In this document: piece by piece, positions 8,550-19,400 of the stretch
Position numbering within the stretch: the stretch's first letter is position 1
Layout: each line of letters begins with the position of its first letter
Assembly (NCBI GenBank): GCA_965214705.1
Contig: CBDCCI010000002.1
Location: forward strand, 2,720,001-2,784,000
DNA from: Alphaproteobacteria bacterium
GTDB lineage: Bacteria; Pseudomonadota; Alphaproteobacteria; UBA828
Reading direction: 5' to 3'
Length of the DNA: 64,000 bases
The notes under the pieces: model-generated
The model's database searches: none
What the model saw: only the letters and a program-made list of their open reading frames with translations
What the model was told of the DNA's origin: nothing
Program-made: the position numbers and the translations under genes

Positions 8550-10645
8550 CCCATCTTTGCCATTTTGGCGCGCGCCTGCGACCTAAGTAGTTGCGATGAT
8601 GGGCTGATTTTCTGGCCCATCTGGGATTATGGCACTACGTTTGTGCGCTCATCGCGACACTCCCGGGAGCACCGCCCGGCGCCTGTGGGGATCCACCGTG
8701 AGGCCCGCCGCCTGCGCGATGACGCGCGCCTCGGCGTCGGGTTGAGCATCCTGGCGGATGACGATGCGGTTTCCGTCCACCTCCCGGATGGTGGAGGTGA
8801 GACGCACCCAGCCCGCGAGCTTGTCGCGGATCGTACTCCAGCGGTCATGCAAGCCGTGCGCCGCCAGACGGGTTCGCAGCAGATGAACCGCGTGGTAGGC
8901 GAGGACGGCGATGAACAGGTGGGCGGCGATGCGCGAGGTCTTGGAGTGCCAGACCGGGCGCAGGCCGATTTCGGATTTCAGGCTGCGGAAGGTGGCCTCG
9001 AGCTCTGTGAGCTTCCAGTAGGTTCGGACCACGGTTTCAAGATCCCACTCGACGTGGCTGGTGCGCAGCACATAGATGCCCGCTTGGCGGTCGCGCTCGG
9101 CATGGAGAGCGTTGCGCCTCCAGCGGACCGCACTGGCCCGCCCCTTCTCTCCGGGCTCGACCTCGATGTCGTACTGACGGTGGACGCGCCTGTACCTTTC
9201 CTTCAGCCGGCCCAGCTTCTCCATCACCTTGGTGAACTGCTTGATGTGGTTCTTCTTCGACAGCCCGCCATGCAGGGCGCGCAGGGCGTCCTCGAAGTTG
9301 TGACGCTGACGGGCGAGCACGGCCTCGTCCTTCTGCTGGCGCTCATGGCTCCAGACGCACAGGTGCGCTTCGTCGTCCCCTGCCGCGAGACGCCAGGCGC
9401 GGGCATCGTGGCCGGCCCGGGTTTCGAAGGCGGCATCGGCTTCGCGCCCGGGCGGCGCCGAGACGCCGCGGCGAACGGTGATCCAGTGATAGCCGCCCGC
9501 CCGCAGCCAGGCGAGGTTGGCCTCGGTGGAGATGCCGGCGTCCATGATGACCGTGGGCCTGGGGGCGTTGCTGCCGCGCGCTTGGCATTCCAGCCGCCCG
9601 ATGGCGTCGGCGAGAGTGGCCGGCTCGGAGATGTTGCCGGGCAGGATCTCGCTGTGCTGCGGAAAGCCGGCCTGGTTCAGCGACAGGGCCAGGGTCACGA
9701 TCGGACAATCGTCACGCCTCTGCTTCGAGCGCCCGAAGCGGGCCAGCGCGGAGCTGGGCCGTCCGGTCATATGGGTGTTGGTCAGGTCGAAGAAGACGAT
9801 GGTGTCGGGGATGCCGAAGAGATCGCGCTCCCGGGCGCACAGCGCCTCTTCAAGCGCCGCGCGGTGACGCCACAAGAGGTCGCCGATGCGGTAGAGCTTG
9901 CTGAGCGTGAGCGACTTGCCGCTGTCGACATCGAGCAACTCCAGGGTCGCGCTGTTCGCGCTCAGCCAGCGGAAGGCCTCGCGCTCGCTGGAGGGATGGA
10001 TCATGCGCGCGACCACCAGTGCCGCCGCGATGCGTGCGTCGCGCTCACTTGCGCCCAGCCTCTCCAGCGTCTCGATGAAGCGAAGGTCGTCAAGCGCGGC
10101 GAGAGCCAGGCGCTCGCAGCCCACCGAGCGGACCTGTTCGTGGGAGAGGCTATCGAGACGGACCGTGGCCAGGTCGCTCTCGTCCCCGGGCCGCGACGCG
10201 CCGAGATCGCGGGCGTGAAGCCGCCGTACGACGTCCTCGGCGACGGGGCGCAAGGCGGCATCCGGCTCCAGCAGCGGCTCGCTGCCGGCGAGAAGGGTTT
10301 CGATCAGAAGCGCCAATTCGCGCCATTGCTCCTCGGGCACACCGAAGTCGGCGCCGAGATTGAGGAGCGTGACCTGGCGCACCCTTCCGCCGATGCGTTC
10401 GCTGCGCACGAGGCGGTAGGTGGCATAGCGCTCGCCACCGTCTCCGCGACCGGTGAGGGTTTTGCGAATGAACATGGCGGCAGGGTCACGGACAGTTTGC
10501 GGACTGTCAAGGAGCGCCGGCCCACAGACCAAAGATTATGGCACTACAATGGACTTCCCAAAACACAATCCAACAAAATCAGTGCCTTAGATCCCAAAGG
10601 CTACCCAAAATCAGGCCTTCGGGACCGAAAAGTGGCAAAGATGGG
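8550..10645 (-). mobile_element. IS1634-family IS
   Basis: IRs CCCATCTTTGCCA / TGGCAAAGATGGG, flanked by TTGA on both sides. Confidence 0.85.
8649..10475 (-). CDS. IS1634-family transposase
   Basis: MFIRKT..VRQVTLLNLG..FFDLTNT..FGRSKQRR..IMDAG..LEATFRSLKSEIGLRPVWH..AHLFIAVLAY. Confidence 0.9.
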   Translation of the reverse strand: MFIRKTLTGRGDGGERYATYRLVRSERIGGRVRQVTLLNLGADFGVPEEQWRELALLIETLLAGSEPLLEPDAALRPVAEDVVRRLHARDLGASRPGDESDLATVRLDSLSHEQVRSVGCERLALAALDDLRFIETLERLGASERDARIAAALVVARMIHPSSEREAFRWLSANSATLELLDVDSGKSLTLSKLYRIGDLLWRHRAALEEALCARERDLFGIPDTIVFFDLTNTHMTGRPSSALARFGRSKQRRDDCPIVTLALSLNQAGFPQHSEILPGNISEPATLADAIGRLECQARGSNAPRPTVIMDAGISTEANLAWLRAGGYHWITVRRGVSAPPGREADAAFETRAGHDARAWRLAAGDDEAHLCVWSHERQQKDEAVLARQRHNFEDALRALHGGLSKKNHIKQFTKVMEKLGRLKERYRRVHRQYDIEVEPGEKGRASAVRWRRNALHAERDRQAGIYVLRTSHVEWDLETVVRTYWKLTELEATFRSLKSEIGLRPVWHSKTSRIAAHLFIAVLAYHAVHLLRTRLAAHGLHDRWSTIRDKLAGWVRLTSTIREVDGNRIVIRQDAQPDAEARVIAQAAGLTVDPHRRRAVLPGVSR

Positions 10646-11073
10646 TTGAAATCGTCAGGCAAGGGGTCACCTGTCTTCCTTGTCACCGGTCGATCCGCCA
10701 TTTTCACTTCGTACTTTCATTCCCAGATCCCAACACGTGCGCCGCGGGAAGGAAACTCCGAGCAGCAAATGCGGCGCGCCGCTGTATGCGGCCAACAACG
10801 AAAACCCATCCCGGAAACGGCGGTCACACGGTAGTAGAGACGGCAACATGGAGCACTGCCCCGGACGGGACGCTGCGCTCTCCACGCCCAAAGCCCCAGC
10901 TTCGACGTCGCAGACCGGGTTCTCACCTTGTTTGGCGTGATCAGATAGTTCATTGGCGCGTTCGGGTGATGATCTGGCACGTCTTTGCCCCCACATTTCT
11001 GGCTACGACAACACTTGGCAACAACGCGGGCGATCTGGCCTGCAATCAAGACCCTATTGAAAGGAGACCCAAC

Positions 11074-12088
11074 GTGAGCCAAACAATATTCATTACCGGC
11101 GCTTCGAGCGGCATCGGCAGGGCGACGGCGATTTTCTTTCAGGAAAGGGGATGGAACGTCGTTGCGACGATGCGCCGTCCCGAAAACGAAAAGGAGCTGA
11201 CCCAACTCGACAACGTGTTCGTTACGGCACTCGATGTTCAGAACCCCGCTTCGATCGCCGATGCGGTGGAAGCAGGCATCGAGCGATTCGGCAAGATCGA
11301 AGTGCTGTTGAACAACGCGGGTTACGGATCCTACGGCGTGCTCGAAGCCACGCCGATGGAAAAGGTGCGGCGGCAGTTCGACGTCAACGTGATCGGCCTG
11401 CTGACCCAACTCGACAACGTGTTCGTTACGGCACTCGATGTTCAGAACCCCGCTTCGATCGCGATGCGGTGGAAGCAGGCATCGAGCGATTCGGCAAGAT
11501 CGAAGTGCTGTTGAACAACGCGGGTTACGGATCCTACGGCGTGCTCGAAGCCACGCCGATGGAAAAGGTGCGGCGGCAGTTCGACGTCAACGTGATCGGC
11601 CTGCTGGAAACCACCAAGACCGTGCTTCCCCATTTCCGAGCCAATGGGGGTGGCGCCATCATCAATGTTTCTTCGGCGGCAAGATGACCTTTCCGCTCGG
11701 CACCCTTTACCACGGCTCCAAGTTCGCAGTGGAGGAACTATCCGAGGCTTTGAGCTTCGAGATGGAAGCCATTGGGGTGAAGGTCAAGATCGTCGAGCCG
11801 GGCATAATCAACACCGACTTCAGCGGCCGCTCTCTCGACATCAATAACGATGAGAGCCTGACTGAATACCAGGAGTTCGTCGGCAAGATCTTCACTGCCT
11901 TTGGCTCGCGGACGGACCCCGGATCGGAGCCGGAGACGGTCGCCGAGGTGATCTACGACGCCGCAACCGACGGATCGAACCAGCTGCGCTACACCGCCGG
12001 GCCCGACGCCGTCGAGATCATCGCCAGCCGCAAGGCTGCTGACGACGCGACTTTCATCGGCGGCATCAAGGACCAATTCGGGCTTTGA
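11074..12088 (+). pseudogene. Short-chain dehydrogenase with ~204-bp internal tandem duplication and frameshifts
   Basis: ITGASSGIG, NNAG (twice), YHGSK. 11197-11400 is repeated at 11401-11603 with a 1-bp loss; second frameshift near 11675. Confidence 0.85.
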
Positions 12089-12108
12089 TTCGCCGGGGAG
12101 TGACAAGG

Positions 12109-13710
12109 ATGAAAGCGAAAGAGGCCGTTGACCGTTTGGACCCGAACAAGTGGTCCCGAACCCCGCCCGCAGAGCGCCTGCATTTCCTTGAGCAAGTGCG
12201 CGGGAACCTCAAGACGTATGGCAACGAGCTCGCCGCCGCCGACACGAGGATGAAAAACGGACTGATGGGCGAGACCCTGTTCAACGATGCGCTCTCGAAA
12301 GTTGCCACCATGGTGCCGATGGCGAACACCGTCACCGCGGCGATCGAGCTCTACGAAGAGCTGGTGCACGGCGAGATGCCAGAACCGCTGGCGATCACCA
12401 AGATTGACAAAGGCCTCTACGACATCAATGTGTTTCCGTCGTCGGCGAAAGACCGACTGATGTACGGTGATCGCACGGAAGTGCTGCGCGTGACAGGCGA
12501 GCCGAAACAGATCGATCCCATGGATAAGCCCGCCGGCATCGTCGCTGTGCTTGGAGCAGGCAACTACTCGTCGTCGCTGGAAATGCTCAAGGCGATGTTC
12601 TTCGAGAACTGCACCGTCGTGCACAAACCCCACCACTTGAATGCCGCGACGGATGCGGTGTGGGAGAAGATTATGGAGCCGCTGGTGGAGCACGGCGTGC
12701 TCAGCTTCGTCGACCACGACCAAGGGCGCGACCTCACCGTCGATCCGCGGCTCAGCAAGATCTACTTCACGGGTGGCACGAGTACGGCGCTGGCAATCAT
12801 GAAAGCCACCGATACGCCGATGGTCAGCGAGTGCGGTGGCAACAACCCCTGCCTGATCGTGCCGGGAGAACGGCCGTGGACCGACAAGGAAATCACCCAT
12901 CAGGCCCAGCAGATAGCCACGATCTCCAAGATGAACGGCGGCGCCGTCTGCGGTCGGGTCCAGACGGTGGTGACCTCCAGGAACTGGCCGCAGCGGGAAG
13001 CATTCCTGGTCGCGCTGAGACGGGCAATAGCCGAGGATACGCCGGCAGCGGGCACCTATTATCCCGGGTCCGACGAAACCGCCCAGGCCTTCCGTGAAGC
13101 CTACCCGAACGCCGAGATCCTCGAGCCGGAGGGCGGAAGATTCGAGCATGCCGATTTCGTGCTGATCACCAACGCCGAAGAGCAAGGCTACGCCACGGCC
13201 CACGAGGCCTTTTGCCAGATCATCGGCGAAGTACCGCTGGACACGGAGGCGAATGCGGATGACTTTCTGCCCAAGGCGGTCGCCTTCTGCAACGCCCACC
13301 TGCTCGGTACGTTGGCAGGCTGCATCCTGATCGACGAAGACACGAAGAAGGTGCATCAGGCCGCGCTGGATCAGGCAGTGACCGACATGGAGTATGGGGC
13401 GATCGCGATCAACACCATGCCCCCCTTTATCTTCCTCAGCCCTTGGCTGACCTGGGGAGGCAACGAGGAAGGCAAAGAGTTCGTTTCCGGCCACGGCAAT
13501 TTCGGCAACGGGATGAATTTCGAGAATGTGCAAAAGTCGATCATGACCGCCGGTTTCATGTCTCCCGGACACATGATCCAGACCAACAAGACTGCCTTCG
13601 ATCGCATGGCGACCAACATGGCGCGCTATGCCGTCGAACCGAACTGGATGAACCTCATCCGGCTGATGGGCGGCGCCGTCGCTGGTTCTTTGCGCCACAA
13701 GGATTTCTAG
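12109..13710 (+). CDS. Aldehyde dehydrogenase family protein
   Basis: GAGNY, YFTGG, ECGGNNP, NGGAVC (catalytic Cys region), EAFC. Confidence 0.8.
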   Translation: MKAKEAVDRLDPNKWSRTPPAERLHFLEQVRGNLKTYGNELAAADTRMKNGLMGETLFNDALSKVATMVPMANTVTAAIELYEELVHGEMPEPLAITKIDKGLYDINVFPSSAKDRLMYGDRTEVLRVTGEPKQIDPMDKPAGIVAVLGAGNYSSSLEMLKAMFFENCTVVHKPHHLNAATDAVWEKIMEPLVEHGVLSFVDHDQGRDLTVDPRLSKIYFTGGTSTALAIMKATDTPMVSECGGNNPCLIVPGERPWTDKEITHQAQQIATISKMNGGAVCGRVQTVVTSRNWPQREAFLVALRRAIAEDTPAAGTYYPGSDETAQAFREAYPNAEILEPEGGRFEHADFVLITNAEEQGYATAHEAFCQIIGEVPLDTEANADDFLPKAVAFCNAHLLGTLAGCILIDEDTKKVHQAALDQAVTDMEYGAIAINTMPPFIFLSPWLTWGGNEEGKEFVSGHGNFGNGMNFENVQKSIMTAGFMSPGHMIQTNKTAFDRMATNMARYAVEPNWMNLIRLMGGAVAGSLRHKDF

Positions 13711-13755
13711 GCGGTCGAACTGGCGAAGCTGAACCCGGCGCGGTAGGAAGAGAAG

Positions 13756-14751
13756 GTGGTTACATACGACTACGCGCTCGACGTAGGCTGGCGCGCGCTC
13801 CTCGCCGATCTTGGAGTATCCCCCGCAGATGTGCTGCGGCGTGCGGCTTTACCGGAAGACCTTTTCTCGCGGCCGGATGCGCGACTCGAGCCACAGGCGT
13901 TCTATCGCTTTTGGGAGAGCCTCGAAGCCGAGTTCGACGATCCGCTGTGGCCTATTCACCTGTGCCAGGCCGTACGGTCGGAATCATTCTCCCCTCCCCT
14001 GTTCGCCGCCATGTGCAGCTCGAACTTCCTCTCCGCAGCGAAGAGGATCAGCCAGTACAAGCCGCTGATCGGACCTCTGCGGCTCGACGTCGCCGAAGAA
14101 GGGGAATTGGTCCGGCTCACACTGGAATGGTTGGGGTCAGCATCGAATCCCCCCGTTTCACTGGTGACCGTCGAGCTATTATTCTTCGTGTGCTTGATCC
14201 GCATGGCGACGCGAGCCCCGATCTGCCCAATCGAGGTCACCACGCCTGTTCCCCCGGAACCTGCCCAACCATATGAGGAGTTCCTTGGCGCGCCCGTCAG
14301 TAGTTCTGCTACGCATACCCTGCGCTTCAGCCGCGACGACGCTTTGCTTCCGTTTCTTACGGCAAGCGACGGCATGTGGCAGGCGTTCGAGCCCGAGTTG
14401 CGCCGCCGACTCGCTGAGCTCGACGAATCGGCCAAGATGTCGGAACGCGTGCGTGCGGCGTTGCTGGAATGCCTGCCAAGTGGGCGAATATCGATAGACT
14501 CGGTGGCCAAAACGCTCGCGCTGAGCAAGCGTACGCTCCAGCGCCGACTGAGCGACGAAGACACGAGCTTCCAGTTTGTCCTGAAAGCCACGCGTGAGGC
14601 ACTTGCCCGCCACTACCTGCAACAGACAACGCTGCCGGCAGCGGAGATCTCCTTTCTGCTCGGCTTCGAAGAGCCGAACTCGTTCTACCGAGCCTTCAGC
14701 GACTGGACGGGGCAGACGCCGGACAGTGTTCGCCAAGCTGCGCTCCATTGA
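13756..14751 (+). CDS. AraC-family regulator
   Basis: C-terminal VAKTLALSKRTLQRRL..ISFLLGFEEPNSFYRAFSDWTG. Confidence 0.9.
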   Translation: MVTYDYALDVGWRALLADLGVSPADVLRRAALPEDLFSRPDARLEPQAFYRFWESLEAEFDDPLWPIHLCQAVRSESFSPPLFAAMCSSNFLSAAKRISQYKPLIGPLRLDVAEEGELVRLTLEWLGSASNPPVSLVTVELLFFVCLIRMATRAPICPIEVTTPVPPEPAQPYEEFLGAPVSSSATHTLRFSRDDALLPFLTASDGMWQAFEPELRRRLAELDESAKMSERVRAALLECLPSGRISIDSVAKTLALSKRTLQRRLSDEDTSFQFVLKATREALARHYLQQTTLPAAEISFLLGFEEPNSFYRAFSDWTGQTPDSVRQAALH

Positions 14752-14769
14752 TACTCAATCTCAACGGGC

Positions 14770-15062
14770 CGGCGATTGCAGATATCATTCCCAACGCACA
14801 CGCCTCACAGGCCATCGTGAACGCGTCGATCTTGCCGCAGCTATTCATCTCCGATGTGTTCATCCGGATGGAGAACGCGTCGGCGTGGCCCACGACCTTC
14901 GCGGACGTGTTCCCGGTGCGACACATGGAGCTGGCCCGACATGCATGCTTCGAACCCTTTGAGACCGTAAGTGGATTCGAGTGGGTGCTGGCCGTCATGG
15001 CGACATGGCTGGTCGGTGGACTGCTGGTCACGGTGCGCTCTTTCCGGTGGGAGCCGCGCTGC
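14770..15062 (+). pseudogene. ABC-2 type permease C-terminal remnant
   Basis: AIVNASILPQLFISDVF..FADVFPVRH..LAVMATW..FRWEPR; no N-terminal half. Confidence 0.5.
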
Positions 15063-15093
15063 TGGGCGCCGCTCCGGCTGGCGCAGACTTAAA

Positions 15094-17185
15094 CCGAACT
15101 TCCGTTAGCATCTGATTGCCGATCTGGCCGGATTTTGCCTGTTTCCGCCCTTTCTGCGCAGTTTAGCGCCCGGTTTGGCGCGAAATTCCCGAAATGATCG
15201 CCGAAACCGCCGCGATTCGGCGCTCCAGCGCTGGATCACGCCGTCCCGGCGCATCCACCAAAACCTGAATACTAGTCAGTAGATAGTTTTCTCGTTACGA
15301 TAATTGCTCCGCATTCCCAAGCCTTTCCGATATGATTGCCGCGATTCGCTAGGCAGATCGATATGCACATCGAAACCACCCGGTCCGGAAACTCCCGCTG
15401 CCACCTCCTCAGACAGTCCTACTGGCAGGACGGAAAACCCAAGAAGCGCACCCTGTGCAACCTCTCCGCCCTCCCGGAACACGCCATCGAAGCCCTCAAA
15501 CGCGCCCTCAAGCGCGGACCCGCCCTCAATCCCGACAGCGCCGACGTCGAACTGCGCGCCAGCCGGGCGCACGGCGCCGTCAGCGCCGTTCTCGGCACCC
15601 TTCGCGACATCGGCCTCGACCGCGTCATCTTCCACCGGCCCGATCGCCGCAGGGCCCTCGTCATCGCCATGATCGTCGCCCGCCTGATCCGGCCCGGCGC
15701 CAAGCTGCGCGTCGAGCGCGAACTGGGAGCGGCCGGCACAACCACCCTCGCCGCCCTGCTCGGCGTCGAAGGCGTCAGCGTCGACGAACTCTACGCCGCC
15801 ATGGACTGGCTGGGCGCGCGACAGGGCGCGATCGAGCGCAAGCTCGCCCGGCGCCATCTCGGAGAGGACGATCTCGTCCTCTACGACGTGTCCTCGAGCT
15901 ACATGGAGGGCAACGCCTGCCCCATGGCGAAGCGCGGCTATTCGAGGGATCGCCGGGGCGACCGCCCGCAGATCGTCTACGGCCTCCTCTGCACCCGCGA
16001 TGGCTGTCCGGTCTCGATCGAGGCCTTCGCCGGCAACACCGGCGACCCGATGACTCTGGCCAGCCAGGTGCGCAAGGTCCGCGACAGCTTCGGCATCCGG
16101 CGGGTGGTGTTGGTGGGGGACCGCGGCATGATCGCGCAGACCCGCATCGACCGCGACCTCGCGCCCAACGGCATCGACTGGATCACGGCGCTGCGCGCAT
16201 CCTCGATCCGCAAGCTCGTCGACCGGGGGCATGTCACGCCCGGCCTGTTCGACACCTGGGGCCTCGCGCGGGTGACCACGCCGGACTATCCCGGCGAGAG
16301 GCTGATCGTCTGCTACAACCCGGTTCTGGCGGCCGAGCGCAAGCGCAACCGCGACGGGCTGCTCAATGCGACCGAGACGGACGCGCGCGATTTCGCCGCG
16401 CGCCACGCCGCCGGCGACATCGACCGCGACGAGTTGAACCGTCGGCTGGGAACCTTGCGCCGCCGCAAGATGGCCAAGCACTTCCGCTTCGAATTCGACG
16501 AGGGCAGCGGCACCTTCAGTTGCGAACGCGACCGGGCGTCGATCGACGCCGAGGCCGCCCTCGACGGTCTCTACGTCATACGCACCAACGTGGACGAGGA
16601 CGAGATCGAGGACGTCGAGGCGGTCCGCGTCTACAAGAGCCTGTCACGCGTCGAGCGCGCCTTCCGCTCGCTCAAGACGGTGTCGTTGCGGATCCGCCCG
16701 ATCTTCCACTGGCGCGACGACCGAGTACGGGCGCATCTTCTGATCTGCATGCTGGCTTGGTATGTCGAGTGGCACATGCGCCGCAGGCTGGCGCCGCTGC
16801 TGTTCGCCGAGGAGGACGGAGCGCCGCTGTCCGCGAACCCGGTGGCGCCGCCGGAACGCTCGGAAAAGGCCCGGCGCAAGGACAAGCGCCGAAAGACGGA
16901 TGATGGACTTGCGGTGTGCGACTTCCGCGATCTCCTCGGCCATCTCGGCACGCTTGCTGCCACTGAGATCGCCACCGGAACCGACTTCGCCGTGCCCGCC
17001 CTGACCAAGCCGACCGAACTGCAGGAAAGGGCGTTCGCATTGCTCGGGCTGCGGCCCCATCCTGCGCCCGCGCTCACCGAAAAGGGGATGACCACCGCCA
17101 AACCTGTCCAGTAATCGTCGCTTCGAAACTCGCCGAAACCCCTGCCGCACAACGGTTCTTTGACTATCCCACACTGGAAGTTCGG
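15094..17185 (+). mobile_element. IS1634-family IS (second, distinct)
   Basis: IRs CCGAACTTCC / GGAAGTTCGG; 6-bp target duplication CTTAAA (15088-15093, 17186-17191). Confidence 0.88.
15363..17114 (+). CDS. IS1634-family transposase
   Basis: LYDVSSSYMEG..GYSRD..VGDRGM..VERAFRSLKT..IRPIFH..RAHLLICMLA. Confidence 0.92.
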   Translation: MHIETTRSGNSRCHLLRQSYWQDGKPKKRTLCNLSALPEHAIEALKRALKRGPALNPDSADVELRASRAHGAVSAVLGTLRDIGLDRVIFHRPDRRRALVIAMIVARLIRPGAKLRVERELGAAGTTTLAALLGVEGVSVDELYAAMDWLGARQGAIERKLARRHLGEDDLVLYDVSSSYMEGNACPMAKRGYSRDRRGDRPQIVYGLLCTRDGCPVSIEAFAGNTGDPMTLASQVRKVRDSFGIRRVVLVGDRGMIAQTRIDRDLAPNGIDWITALRASSIRKLVDRGHVTPGLFDTWGLARVTTPDYPGERLIVCYNPVLAAERKRNRDGLLNATETDARDFAARHAAGDIDRDELNRRLGTLRRRKMAKHFRFEFDEGSGTFSCERDRASIDAEAALDGLYVIRTNVDEDEIEDVEAVRVYKSLSRVERAFRSLKTVSLRIRPIFHWRDDRVRAHLLICMLAWYVEWHMRRRLAPLLFAEEDGAPLSANPVAPPERSEKARRKDKRRKTDDGLAVCDFRDLLGHLGTLAATEIATGTDFAVPALTKPTELQERAFALLGLRPHPAPALTEKGMTTAKPVQ

Positions 17186-17421
17186 CTTAAAGCCCGGCGC
17201 CGCTCAACTCCTCCTTCAGTGCGGGCAATCGACCAAAGCGTTCTCGCAACTCGGCAATGAAGCGGGTCTGCGGGGGGAGGGGCTCGGCAACGACCCCTCC
17301 TACCCTGCCGGAAAAACTCGCAGCACCCGCACGCTCCGAGCGTACCATTGAACAGAACTGTCACGGCCGCGCAACGATGCGCGCATCCAGTCTTGAAACC
17401 CAGTTCCTCGACATCCCCGAG

Positions 17422-17979
17422 CTACACCACTGATATTCCGAACAGCGCGTCGTGATAGTGCATCAGCAGCCCGGCCACGACGAGACCGCCAACAACCGCC
17501 GCCACGTCCATCGCGATACGGGGCGCCCTGCTTACGGCCGGTCGCCTGGCCCGCACAATCGCGCTGAGCGTCGCCACCATTGCGAATCCCGCGAAGCCGC
17601 CGAAGAGCACGATGGAATGCAGATCGCCGTTCGCGAGGAGGTGGGCAAGCGCCCACAGAAGTAGCCCGAGCAACATCGGATGCCGGACAGCTGCACGGAT
17701 GTGGGTAGGCATGTTGGCGGCCGCGAAGAGAACCAGCCCGATCGGTACCGCAACCAACGCCGCGTCGTGCCCCCAGCTCGGAGGAACGTACACCGGATCG
17801 GAAGGCGCTTCGGAGTATCCCCACACAGTCAAGGCGAGGCCCGCCAGCGCTACGAGCGAGAACACGCCGCGGTAGGCTCTCTCGCCCATGAGTGCCACCA
17901 TGGCGGCACGCAGGGGCGCAACGCTCGGGACCAAGTGTATGGTGAAGAACAGCACGAGGCCAACAATGAGAAGAGGCAT
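17422..17979 (-). CDS. NnrU-family membrane protein
   Basis: GLVLFFTIH..RHPMLLGLLLWALAHLLANGD..LFGGF. Confidence 0.85.
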   Translation of the reverse strand: MPLLIVGLVLFFTIHLVPSVAPLRAAMVALMGERAYRGVFSLVALAGLALTVWGYSEAPSDPVYVPPSWGHDAALVAVPIGLVLFAAANMPTHIRAAVRHPMLLGLLLWALAHLLANGDLHSIVLFGGFAGFAMVATLSAIVRARRPAVSRAPRIAMDVAAVVGGLVVAGLLMHYHDALFGISVV

Positions 17980-18186
17980 GAGGATGTTCCTGACTGATGC
18001 GTCACGATCATGCGAAACAAACGCTGCAATATGCGAGGCGAAATTTCCGCTCGCGTGGCCTCGGCTCCACTAAACCCACGGAAAGCGATGCTACACGCTG
18101 TTCGGCGTTTCTTACAGATTACTCCGTATTGCAATCACCACGTGCTCGGCGGCGATGCCTCCCGATCGCGCCGATCATGCAGGCTC

Positions 18187-19242
18187 ATGATCCCGACGAT
18201 GGCCATCCGGTTCGTCCGCCGATGCTTGGGTATATGTGCCGTCACGGGCTTTTTGGGCGCGGCGATGACCGGCGTCGAAGGCCGCGAGCTCCTGTGGCAG
18301 ACCAACGCCGAAGGCGACGACGTTCACGTCTTCGACGTCGAGACCGGCGCGTTGGTGCGCCGGCTTGTGGTCGGCGCGAACCCCCATGGGATCGCGGCGA
18401 CGTCCGAGGGAGAGACCGTCTATCTGTCGCTCGAGCGAAACGGTGAGGCCCGGGGCGAGCTGATTTGGGTCAACCGTCGGACCTTCGAGATCGAGCATCG
18501 CCTGGAGGTCGGCCCGGAGCCTCACGCCATCGCCGTAACGCCCGACGGCCGCTGGGTCTACGTGCCGTGTCGCGACGGGCACTATTGGGTGATCGACGGG
18601 ACCCGGCGCGAAATCGTCGCGCGGATCGAGACCGGCGGCCGGCCGCACAACACAATGGTTGCGCCCGACGGCAGCCACGTCTTCCTCTCGCCGATGGGAT
18701 CGCCCGAGAGGGTCTCTATCGTCGATCCCGATGTCGGTCACCGGGTGGTGGGGACCATTTCGTTCTCATCGTCCGTGCGCCCGCCGGCGATCGCCTTCTC
18801 GCGCAACCTGTTCTTCCAGCACGTGGACGGTCTCAACGGTTTCGAGGTCGCCGACCTCGACACCCGAACGGTCATTGCCCGGGTGGAGCACAGCGCCGGT
18901 CTGGGGATCCCGGTCTGGCCGGCCCGACTCGGGTTCCTCGGCCTCTCTGGGCTCAGTCGCTGCCACGGTCTCGCCGTGCGCCCGGGCGATCGGGAAATCT
19001 GGTCGATATGCGGCACCAACGCGACCGTTCACGCGCTCGCGGACCGCACCTTCCCCGAAGAGGCCCATCTCGACCTGCCGGGAAAGGGATACTGGCTCAC
19101 CTTTTCTGCGGACGGCCGCTACGTCTTCGTCGCGCTCTCGGCGGAATCGCAGGTCGCGATGATCGACGCGGAGACGCGCGAGATCGTCCGAATTCTCGAC
19201 GCCGGTGCCGGACCCAAGAGGAACCTGATTCTCGCTGAGTGA
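18187..19242 (+). CDS. Secreted YncE/YVTN-type beta-propeller protein
   Basis: Signal-like N-terminus; repeated VGANPHGIA, VGPEPHAIAVTPDG, GGRPHN..APDG blades. Start uncertain. Confidence 0.8.
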   Translation: MIPTMAIRFVRRCLGICAVTGFLGAAMTGVEGRELLWQTNAEGDDVHVFDVETGALVRRLVVGANPHGIAATSEGETVYLSLERNGEARGELIWVNRRTFEIEHRLEVGPEPHAIAVTPDGRWVYVPCRDGHYWVIDGTRREIVARIETGGRPHNTMVAPDGSHVFLSPMGSPERVSIVDPDVGHRVVGTISFSSSVRPPAIAFSRNLFFQHVDGLNGFEVADLDTRTVIARVEHSAGLGIPVWPARLGFLGLSGLSRCHGLAVRPGDREIWSICGTNATVHALADRTFPEEAHLDLPGKGYWLTFSADGRYVFVALSAESQVAMIDAETREIVRILDAGAGPKRNLILAE

Positions 19243-19400
19243 GCGCCTCTCTCGAATAGCGACTGCCCGAGCCGTTGCTGTTGCCCCGAGAGCGCGGATC
19301 AGTTTCTATGCTGCCCGCTGCTGCCGCGGGGTCGCCGACCACATGATGGCGTTTCGGACCGCCTTGTGAAAGGATCGTGACCGAACCACGGAGAGACTCC

